DNA of 64,000 nucleotides. Origin: Heterodontus francisci. Its lineage: Eukaryota. This document shows positions 1 to 10,128 of the stretch, piece after piece. The position numbers were made by a program, and so were the translations under genes. Below the pieces are notes generated by a model that was given only the letters and a program-made list of their open reading frames with translations, had not been told where the DNA came from and searched no databases. How positions within the stretch are numbered: the stretch's first letter is position 1; every line of letters starts with the position of its first letter. The DNA is taken from assembly GCF_036365525.1 (NCBI RefSeq), contig NC_090376.1, positions 44,501,157 through 44,565,156 of the forward strand, written 5' to 3'.

Positions 1-1298
1 AACTTCTTTTTGTTACCTTTTTAAGACAGATTTTCGGTTTTTTGCGGCTGTGCCCCTTTTAAGAGTGAGAGACTACATTTTTTTTGATCTGAGACAGCTT
101 GTTTACACAGCTTTTCCTTTTTGTTTTAAATCAAGAGATCAGCTTTTTGTTGACTCAGCAGTTCAAATTTTTTTCTAAAACTTAGCTTTTTTTCAAATGA
201 GAGAAAGTTTTTTTTAAAGATGGCTAGAGATTGCAATACCAACAGCTGCCATATCCAGCCTTTCTTACTGTGCTGGACCTCCAGTGGCACTGTTGGGTTC
301 TTCCTGCTCTTTTTGGCTAAGCCCCCCCCCCCCCCCCCCCCCAATGAGCAAAACACTGGCAAAACTTAAATACTGATGGCTTCAGCTACTGCTTTCCAAA
401 TTTTCAACCCAATGCCAGAGGTCAAATCTCCAATCTCCTGGCAAATTGCTTGCCGTACTTGCAGAGTTTCATTTGCAGAGGGCGGCACAGTGGCGCAGTG
501 GTTAGCACCGCAGCCTCACAGCTCCAGGGACCCGGGTTCAATTCTGGGTACTGCCTCTGTGGAGTTTGCAAGTTCTCCCTGTGACTGCGTGGGTTTTTGT
601 CGGGTGCTCTGGTTTCCTCCCACAGCCAAAGACTTGCAGGTTGATAGGTAAATTGGTCATTGTAAATTGCCCCTAGTGTAGGTAGGTGGTAGGGATTATG
701 GGATTACTGCAAGGTTAGTATAAATGGGTGGTTGTTGGTCGGCACAGACTCGATGGGCCGAAGGGCCTGTTTCAGTGCTGTATCTCTAAATAAAAATAAA
801 TAAATAAAAGTTTCAACACTTCCTGGGATCCTGTCTGTAGGCTAGCTCACTGCAGTGTTGTGGCGTATCTTGGTAACTACTTTCCAGGATCTTCAACCAC
901 TCCAGGGAGGCAGTCTGCTGTTCTCTGTTTGCTCTTGGTGTGTTCTTCAGAAAAAAAATCTGACATTGCCACAATGTAATTTTTGGTGGTCTTCAGAAAA
1001 TAAATCCCAAATGTTGCCACCATGTACTATTACTTGATCCTTTGGTATGTGATCTATTGTGAGACTCACAGGACTACAAGTAATATCCAAAGTAAATGTG
1101 GGTTTTATTGTACTTTAACTGGAACATATATATACAATTACTGCACAAGCTATATCTAAACACATCTTGCTCTGTTTGGCTCCACCCACAACTCCCAGGT
1201 CAGGTGTGACACAACATCACTTCAGCAATGATCTTCATTTAAGCGATGATCTTCACTTACAGCTCCTTAAGGTGGTTCACTCTTAAGGTCGTCCCACA
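1..1298 (-). mobile_element. LTR retrotransposon remnant: LTR 1023-1298, PBS 1013-1022, internal region running off the left edge
   Basis: Minus strand TGTGGGAC...GTACA with a TATA-like run and AATAAA, followed immediately by TGGTGGCAAC (PBS-like); interrupted by an HE1 SINE. Confidence 0.5.
480..809 (+). mobile_element. HE1-type V-SINE
   Basis: tRNA head with A box TGGCGCAGTGG and B box GGTTCAATTC; V-domain (GTGGAGTTTGCA...GGTTTCCTCCCACA); CR1/HER1-type tail GGGCCGAAGGGCCTGTTTCAGTGCTGTA; (TAAA)n end. Confidence 0.92.
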
Positions 1299-1499
1299 AG
1301 AAGTACTACTGCCGGGATGTTGTCAGAGCCCGTAGCCTTTGCTGTATCCAGTGCCTTCAGCCGTTTCTTGATACCACGTGGAATGAACCAAATTTGCTGA
1401 AGGCTCATCTGTGATGTTGGGAAGCTCAGGAGAAGGTCGAGATGGATTCATCCACTCATAGTTCCTACCCATGTAATTTCCTAGCTGAGGTGAAAAGCC

Positions 1500-1900
1500 A
1501 CATAAAAACTGAGGCCGATTAAGAGGAAAAAATTTGTACAATTCCTCTCCGACCCCTTTCGGCAATGAAAACTAAGGCAAGAGATCACATTGACCCTGAT
1601 TCATATTGCAGGGTACCAACCTCTTTTACGAGGTGATTGCCACCCCAGCCAGAAAGAGTCCTAGCTTTCTTGTGAAGGAATAGCACAAATTCAGCATTCA
1701 CCGCACCAGCTGGCAACTTGCTCCACTGTTCTCTGGAAAAAGAACTACCTAAAATGCAACTAGTTCTGCTCTGACTAACTTCTAAGTGTGATCCCCTGGT
1801 CCTCCCTAACCTATTTAGTTGAAACAATTGGTCCACAAACACAAACTTGTCCTTTGATTATTTAATAAACCTTGATAAAGTTGCCTGACTCTACACTTTC
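1500..1900 (-). mobile_element. Old CR1-like LINE 3' fragment
   Basis: Translation RTRGSHL...WSKLPAGAVNA resembles the CR1 ORF2 C-terminus (TRGH...WNxLP..VV.A). Confidence 0.55.
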
Positions 1901-1919
1901 CTGAAGTATAAAGACCCGA

Positions 1920-2412
1920 GAGTAAAATTCGATAGTCCCTGAAAATGGGCGCAGAGATCGTGATATGCAATTAACCCTTGCCTGTTGCTGTCAGTGCAGG
2001 CAGCACACCAACTTTGTGCTGCCTGCAACTTTGCATGATTGCTACATGCAGCCATCATGAAATATCCTGTTGATTGCTGCACATTTCAGCAAGGCGCCTA
2101 AGTTGGTGTGAGGCTCGCACCATTTAAAGCTAGTGTGCACTTCTCAAAGCCAGCCTGTATCTCTTAAAAAACAGGTGCATTCTGACTGTAGCAATACTGG
2201 AACTGTTTGTGGAAGAAAGTCTCATCAGGAAGAAGAGTGAATTATGCATGCTCCAAGGTTCTCTGACTTGCACTGGACACCTTGGAGGAGGTGGAGAGGA
2301 GGAACTATGTGATTATCCATAAAGGGCCAGAAGGCCCTTCAGACAGACTTTGAAAAGGCAGCGGGACTGGATAGCCATAATTGTTAATGCTAGGAGTCAA
2401 GATCCGAGGACC
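1920..2412 (+). mobile_element. PIF/Harbinger transposon relic with a decayed Myb/SANT-like ORF
   Basis: 2250-2412 translates with frameshifts to APRFSD...LEEVERR..V.YP..ARRPFRQTLKRQ.DWIAIIVNARSQDPRT, the pattern of Harbinger/NAIF1-type Myb/SANT DNA-binding proteins. Confidence 0.65.
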
Positions 2413-3030
2413 CTAAACATTCCCTCCCTCCAGCACTGGCACACCATGGCTGCAGTGTGTACCATCTACAAGATGCACTGCAGCAACTTTCCAAGGCTTC
2501 TTTGACAGCACCTTCCAAAGCTGCAAACTCTACTGGTTAGAAGAACAAGGGCAGGAGATGAATATGAACACCACCATGTCCAAGTTCCCCTCCAAGTCAC
2601 ACACTGTCCTGACTTGGCCATACAATGTTCAATGACCTCACACAGGTGGTCAAGGTCACTGATTTTTTTTTTGTTTATCATGGGATATGGGCATCACCGG
2701 TAAGACCAGCATTTATTGCCCATCACTAATTGCCCTTGAGAAGCTAGTGGTGAGCCGGCCTTACTGAACCATTGCCATCTGTGTGGTGTAGGTACTCCCA
2801 CACTGCTCTTAGATAGAGAGTTCCACGACTTTAACCTAGTGACGATATGTTTCCAAGTCAAGATGTTGTGTGACATGAAGGGGACCTTGGAGCTGTGATG
2901 CTCCTCTGCACCTGCTGTCCTTATACTGCTAGATGATAGAGGTCGTGGGTTTGGAAGGTGCTTTCAAAGGAGCCTTGGTGAGTTGCTGCAGTGCACCTTA
3001 CAGATGGTATACACCGCTGCCACTGTGTCC
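2413..3030. mobile_element. Two tail-to-tail 3' fragments (2413-2620 +, 2663-3030 -) of the LINE family at 43066-46155
   Basis: Share GTGTACCATCTACAAGATGCACTGCA and CTCAAGGGCAATTAG..ATGGGCAATAAATGCTGG-type sequence with 45760-46150. Confidence 0.8.
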
Positions 3031-3925
3031 CATAGGATCCTTTATGATGAGATTATTAATTAACCCAGTCTCATTACACAATACAAGGTTTAAAATAGCC
3101 AGTGAATGTTCTCATATGCATTCTATGAACTTGTCCTTTAAACTACCATTGCCAATTTGATTTGTCCATTCTATATGAAGATTAAAGCCCTCATGATTAT
3201 TGCATTATTTTTGTTACAAACTCCTTTTATGTCTTGATGAATTCTCTGTTCAATGGAATAACTACTGTTATGGGTCCTGTAAACTCCTGTCACGCCCACA
3301 TGAACTGCAGTGATTGAATATACAAGAACTCAAACTGAAGAATTATAAAAATGGACTTTTCTTTTAAAAAGTGGCCACTGAAGGTCAAAACTGTATTTCA
3401 ACAAGTCTTACTGTTTGGCAAGGATAAAAGGATACATTTGAAGCTAAGACATTATTAATTACACCCACCCTGAACCCATCAGCAAACATTTTTGAATTGA
3501 ATGGGTTCTTCTGAAACGAAGAAGGTGTGAAGTAGCCACATCCGGAACCATTGTCGGTCACCACAGGGAGGAAGATCTATGTCTCCTAACAGGCAAGATG
3601 TAAGACCATTTTGACCTTAAAAGTAGCTCTTTGGAGAGAGAGGTGGAAACAGGACAAACATCGCTAAAGCCTGTCCAGCTGAGAGCTGGGAGAAAATCCA
3701 GCAAGCCAAAAAGAAGGTACTCTGCTGTGAGTTCTACACTTCAACTTGTGCAGCACAGAACTGAAAGTGATCCCATCTCCAGACTTAAATTTCAACCAAC
3801 AGAGAAATCTACAAACAACCCAGGCCTGTAACTTTAAAGAAGAAATGGACCTCCGAGAAGGTTACTGTGAACCGCGATAACTTATCTCACTTCAAACCAC
3901 TTACCTCTTTTCCTCTCTATCTGTC

Positions 3926-3927
<2 letters not shown>

Positions 3928-3958
<31 letters not shown>
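3928..3958. repeat. (TG)n microsatellite inside the 5' LTR
   Basis: Direct run of about 15 TG units. Confidence 0.95.
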
Positions 3959-3961
<3 letters not shown>

Positions 3962-4668
3962 CACGTGCACATGCGCGAGTGAATACATGTGTGGGTGCAG
4001 TTGCGACCATTTCTGGAATGAATATTGCTCAATAAATAGTTAATTTTCTGTTTTAAACTTACAAGAATACCTAAGGCTGTCTGTTTATTTGACAAATCAA
4101 GTACAAAGGGGTTAAAAACCTAGTAACAAAAATACTTGCTGCTGTCAGTTGGGAGTTGAACACCCACGCCCTTCACCATATGTCTGTAACAAATTGGAGG
4201 CTCGATGCCATGATCGGAACCATCAGATAAGTGAGAGATTTGAAAATGGGAGGAAAATTTACCTCTAAAATTGTGGAAAAGTAAACAAACAGGTTTACTT
4301 GTATTCTTCTGTTTTTTCTCTACCATGCTAGAAACAAAAGATATGGCCACACTTAGTGCTGAAGATGTTGTAGAGCAGGGAGACATATCCCATGATAAGT
4401 TAAATAAATTAAGTTTTGATGATTGACAAAAAACTTAGCTACAGATGTGGGAATAACCTTCAAACAAAAAGCAAAGACTGGTGAAGAGCCTAGCTAACCA
4501 TTTTAAACTCACCCCTAAACCCGAGGAAGAGGCAAGCATGGGATCTGAAACTGAAAGGATAGCTCTTGCTAACATTCAGTTGAGAAGAGAGGAGTTGCAA
4601 TTGAAAAGACAGGAGATGCAGTTTCAGAAGGAAAAAGAGGAAAGAGAGATGCAAAGAAAGGAAGCAGC

Positions 4669-6609
4669 AAACATAGAAAATAGGAGCAGGAGTAGGCCAT
4701 TCGGCCCTTCGGGCCTGCTCCGCCACTCAAAAAAGATCATGGCTGATCGGCTAATTCAGTACCCTGTTCCCACTTTCTCCCCATATCCCTTGGCCCCTTT
4801 GGCATTAAGAAATATAATTATCTCCTTCTTGAATATATTTAATGACTTGGTCTCCACTGCCTTCGACGGTAGAGAATTCCATAGGTTCACCACCCTCTGA
4901 GTGAAGAAATTTCTCATCTCGGTTCTAAATGGCATACCCTATATCCTGAGACTGTGACCCCTGATTCTGGACTCCCCAGCCAATCGGGAACATCCTCCCT
5001 GCATCTAGCCTGTGTAGTCCTGTTAGAATTTTATAGGTTTCTATGAGATCACCTCTCATTCTTCTAAACTCCGGTGAATATAGGCCTAGTCAACCCAATC
5101 TCTCCTCATACTTCTATCCTGCCATCCCAGGAATCGGCCTAGTAAACCTTCTTTGCACTCCCTCCATGGCAAGAGCATCCTTCCTCAGATAAGGAGACCA
5201 AAACTGCACACAATACTCCAGATGTGGTCTCACCAAGGCCCTGTATAACTGCAGTAAGACATCCTTGCTCCTGTACACAAATCCTCTTGCACTGAAGGCC
5301 AACATACCATTCGCCTTCCTAACTGCTTGCTGCACCTGAACGCTTGCTTTCAGCGACTGGTGTACAAGGACACCCAGGTCTCATTGCACCTCCCCCTTTC
5401 CCAATCTATCACTATTCAGATAATAATCTGCCTTTCTGTTTTTACAACCAAAGTGGATAACCTCACATTTATCCATGCCATACTGCATCTACCATGCATT
5501 CACCCATTCATCCAACTTGTCCAAATCACATTGGAGCCTCTTTGTACTCTCCTCACAGCTCACCTTCCCCCCCCCCCCCCAGCTTTGTGTCATCTGCAAA
5601 CTTGGAAATGTTACATTTAGTTCCCTCACCCAAGTCGTTAATATATATTGTGAATAGCTGGGGCCCAAGCACTGATCCCAGCAGTACCCCACTAGTCACT
5701 GCCTGCCACCTGAAAAAAGACCCGTTTATTCCTACTCTCTGTTTCCTGTCTGTCAACTAATTCTCAATTCATACCAGTATATTACCCCCAATCCATGTGC
5801 TTTAATTTTGCACACTAATCTCTTATGTGGAACCTTATCAAAAGCCTTCTGAAAATCCAAATGCACCACATCCACAGGTTCTCCCTTATCTATTCTACTA
5901 GTTATATCCTCAAAAACTCCAGTAGATTTGTTAAGCAAGATTTCCCTTTCGTAAACCCATGCTGACTTTATCCAATCCCGTTTATGCTTTCCAGGTGTTC
6001 TGCTATCACATCCTTTATAATAGACTCTAGCATTTTCCCCACTACTGATGTAAGGCTAACTAGTCTGTAATTCCCTGTTTTTTCTCTCCCTCCTTTTTTA
6101 AATAGTGGGGTTACATTTGCCACCCTCCAATCTGTAGGAACTCCGCCAGAGTCTATAGAATTTTGGAAGACCACCACCAATGCATCCACTATTTCCAGGG
6201 CCACTTCTTTTAGTACTCTGGGATGTAGATTATCAGGCCCTGGGGATTTGTCAGCCTTTAATCCCATTAATTTCCCCAGCACTTTTTTTTTTTTACTAAT
6301 ACTGATTTCCTTCAGTTCCTCCCTCGCATTAGATGCTTGGTTCCCTAACATTATTTGTGTCCTCCTTTATGAAGACAGAACCAAGTATGTGATTAATTGT
6401 TCTGCCATTTCCTTGATCCCCATTATAATTTCCCCTGTTTCTGACTGTAAGGGATCTACATTTGTCTTCACTAATCTTTTTCTCTTCACATATTTATAGA
6501 AGCTTTTAGTCAGTTTTTATGTTCCCCAAAAGTTTATACTCTATTTCCCCTCGCTTAATCAACCACTTTGTCCTCCTTTTCTGAATTCTAAACTGCTCCC
6601 AATCCTCAG
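4669..6609 (-). mobile_element. 5'-truncated CR1 LINE inserted in gag
   Basis: KSPGPD, NYRLVSLTSVVGK, DFQKAFDKVPH, KFADDTK and [13 protein letters not shown] in several frames; 3' tail at 4669; gag reading resumes at 6610. Confidence 0.93.
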
Positions 6610-6693
6610 ACAAGCAAGAAAGTTTGAGTTAGAAAGGCTACAAGCACAAGATGAGGAGCATGCTACCAGACATTCAAATCTCAACTCCAAGAT

Positions 6694-7098
6694 GGGGAGG
6701 CAGTGGTGTAGTGATATTGTCACTGGACTAGTAACCCAGAGACCCAGGGTATTGCTCTGGGGACATGGGTTCGAATCCCATCACAGCAGAAGGTGGAATT
6801 TGAATTCAATTAATAAATCTGGAATTCTAGTCTAATCTAGTCTAATGATGGCCATGAAACCATTGTCGATTGTTGTAAAAACCCATCTGGTTCACTAATG
6901 TCCTTTAGGGAAGGAAATCTGCTGTCCTTACTGGTCTGGCCTACATGTGACTCTAGACCCACAGCAATGTGGTTGACTCTTACATGCCCTCCCTCTGAAA
7001 TGGCCTAGCAAGCCACTCAGCTCACCACCACTTTCTCAAGGGCATTAAATGCTGGCCTGGCCAGTGACGCCCACATCCCATGAATGAATGAAAAAAAA
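6694..7098 (+). mobile_element. tRNA-headed SINE sharing head and tail with the LINE at 43066-46155
   Basis: A-box-like TGGTGTAGTG; B box GGTTCGAATCC; core CCATCTGGTTCACTAATGTCCTTTAGGGAAGGAAATCTG; tail CTCAAGGGCA...GCCAGTGACGCCCACATCCCATGAATG plus poly(A). Confidence 0.88.
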
Positions 7099-7111
7099 TA
7101 TGGAGCAATAT

Positions 7112-7468
7112 GGGCGGCACAGTGGCACAGTGGTTAGCACCGCAGCCTCACAGCTCCAGCGACCCGGGTTCAATTCTGGGTACTGCCTGTGTGGAGTTTG
7201 AAAGTTCTCCCTGTGTCTGCGTGGGTTTTCGCCGGGTATTCCGGTTTCCTCCCACCACCAAAAGACTTGCAGGTTGATAGGTAAATTGGCCATTAGAAAT
7301 TGCCCCTAGTATAGGTAGGTGGTAGGAGAATATAGGGACAGGTGGGGATGTGGTAGGAATATGGGATTAGTGAAGGATTAGTATAAGTGGGTGGTTGATG
7401 GTCGGCACAGACTCGGTGGGCCGAAGGGCCTGTTTCAGTGCTGTATCTCTAAATAAAAAAAAATAAAA
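7112..7468 (+). mobile_element. HE1-type V-SINE
   Basis: Same head, V-domain and tail as 480-809. Confidence 0.92.
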
Positions 7469-9734
7469 CTTTGATGTACTGAGACACTCAAGACTAGTGC
7501 CAAAATTTAATGAGAAGGAGGTTGAGTCATATTTTATATCCTTTGAGAAAATAGCTACCAGGCTAAAATGGCCGATAGAATTTTGGGCTCTCGTCTTACA
7601 AAGCGAGTTCGTGGGTAGGGCCTGTGAAGCTTTTTCTCTTATCAGAAGAGAGTTCCTCTGACTATAAAGAAACTAAAACTTCAATTCTAAACACATATAT
7701 GAGTTAGTACCTGAGGCCTATTGACAGAAATTCAGACACACTAGGAAAAGACCCACATAGACTTGCTTTGAATTTGAAAGAATTAAACATATGGCTTTCG
7801 ATCGCTGGATACGATCTCTCAAGCTGGAGCCCTCATACGAAAACTTTCGAGAAGTGATGTTACTGGAAGAATTTAAAATAGCATCCCAGTTAATATAAGA
7901 ACCCACTTTGAATAACAAAGGGTTACAAGGGTAAGAGAAGTAGCAGAAATGACCAATGACTATGAGTTAATGCACAGATCCCCTAACTCAGAATAAATTT
8001 GTGTCTATTAACTCTTACAGGTCAGGGAGAGATAGCAGAGATGCAGATGAAGCAGAATTGGGCTCAAGAGAAAAGCAGAGTTGGGAAGGAAAACCAGATC
8101 AGTCTCCAACTTTTAAAAGGAGGAATCCAGGTGATAAATCAGTAGGGACACGCCCGATGTGTTTCCAGTGTGGAAAATCTGGGCATGTCCAGGCAAACTG
8201 TTGGCATTCCAAAAACTAACAGGGGATGCTGCAGTCAAGCCTGCGTCTGCAGCTATGAAAGTAATAAACATGTGTTCCAAAAGAACCCAAGAACAGAACA
8301 CCTACCAGAATTTTTCTATAAAAAAAGGCACCAGGCAAAGAGATAACGATCCTCAGGGATATCGGTTGTTTTCAAACACTACTAGTTGCCATGTTTACAG
8401 AAATGCCACCCAAAAGCAGAACAAATACCACGGTATTGGTAAAAGGGCTTACTGGCAAATGCTTGAAGTTTCCCTTAGTTAAAGTTTACTTACAGATTAA
8501 GTTGGTCAGCGCAGTAGTACTGCTCGGGGTCATTCCCGAGGTGACCAATGCAGGAGGTCAACCTATGGATGGGAAATGACTTGGCAGAAAGCACAGTATG
8601 TATCCAGGGCACTCCATAGAGACTAGAGAAACTGAGAGGAACAAACAAAACTCTGCACAGCTGCAGGGGGCCGAGGAAATCCCAAAAATCCCACAGGGGG
8701 AGATTGGGTCTGTAAAGATTTCAGAGGCTAAAGGAAAACCAATAGAATTTAAAAAGGCCAAATAGAGCCATTGGAATTTAAAGGAGCGGAGATAAAAGCA
8801 GCAAAGGTTGAAGCAAAAGCACCAGAGATATGATTAGCTGAAACCTTCTTTAAAGGTTTAAATAGGGACAATGAAAGTTCTGAAACAGGAAAGCCAAGAG
8901 TGAGGGAGATGTCTCACCCAGCTGAAGTGCCACAGGGGAGTGTACCACCTGCAAGCGGTAGCATACCAGAGAACATGGGAAGATTAGGGGAAAAACCATC
9001 CCTGAAGTAAAGAGAAAAAGGTAAAATACCCTAAGGTAAGCAATACTTGTGAAATCCACAAAAAGACTAAAAGTGATGTCAGTGTGGATGTGCTCACTGA
9101 AAAATCAAAAGGTCAGGTTCTAAATCCAAAGCTAACCCACAAAACAGATTCAGAACTCACTAAGGACAAAGTGCAGGAGGAGAACCCAGATGCCTCACAG
9201 GGAGTAAAAAAATAATTTATCAACCACCATCACACTAGAGATAATTATCAATGGGCCAAAACTTGAACTATTAAAAACATGTGTTGTGGAAACAGCAGTC
9301 AAGGGGTAAAAGCCTGAACAGGCAGTAAAATTTGCAAAACGCCAAGAACAATGCAACAACAGAAAATTGCAGATTACAAGCCTTGGAACAGTAAAAGTGG
9401 GAAAGATTTTTTTTTTAAAAACCCCAAATGTTCTAAACAGCTTTCCTGGGGCAAAAACTGCAATGCCCCAAAAAGGAAATTCAATTATAATTGTGCCTCA
9501 TCCAAAGAAAGGATGATGTAAAACTCAAACTTGAACAAGAAATGGCTGTGACAGACAATTCCAACTGTCGCAGTTGTGAGATTGAGGTGTGGGTGCCATG
9601 TGTGCAGTGGTGCGACGCCTATACCTTGCTATTTTCTTTCTTTCTACCTAAAGCTAAAAAGCAAACAACATAAAAATGAAATCCAAGGAATTTCATTTTT
9701 CCCCTTTTGGGGGAGGTGCCACACCCACACAAAG

Positions 9735-10128
9735 TTTTTTAAAAAATTCATTCATGGGATGTGGGCGTCGCTGGCCAGGCCAGCATTTATTGCCCATCCC
9801 TAATTGCCCTGAGTGGCTTGCTAGGCCATTTCAGAGGGCATGTAAGATTCAACCACATCGCTGTGGCTCTGGAGTCACATGTAGGCCAGACCAGGTAAGG
9901 ACAGCAGATTTCCTTCCCTCAAGGACATTAGTGAACCAGATGGGTTTTTAAGACAATCGACAATGGTTTCATGACCATCATTAGACTAGCTTTTTAATTC
10001 CAGATTTATTCATTGAATTCAAATTCCACCTTCTGCTGTGGTGGGATTTGAACCCATGTCCCCAGAGCAATACCCTCAGTCTCTGGGTTACTAGTCCAGT
10101 GACAATACCACTATGCCACCGCCTCCCA
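9735..10128 (-). mobile_element. tRNA-headed SINE (6694-7098 family) inserted in the 3' LTR
   Basis: Reverse complement of 6694-7098; LTR sequence resumes at AGTGCAGTGATTG. Confidence 0.88.

Noticed and set aside
480-555. tRNA-like sequences with A and B boxes (also at 6694, 7112, 43066, 51857, 63795)
   Set aside because: They are retroelement heads that continue into SINE or LINE bodies and lack a proper acceptor stem; not tRNA genes.
4481-4900. 139-aa coiled-coil ORF
   Set aside because: Chimera of retrotransposon gag read into the antisense tail of an inserted CR1; not a host gene.
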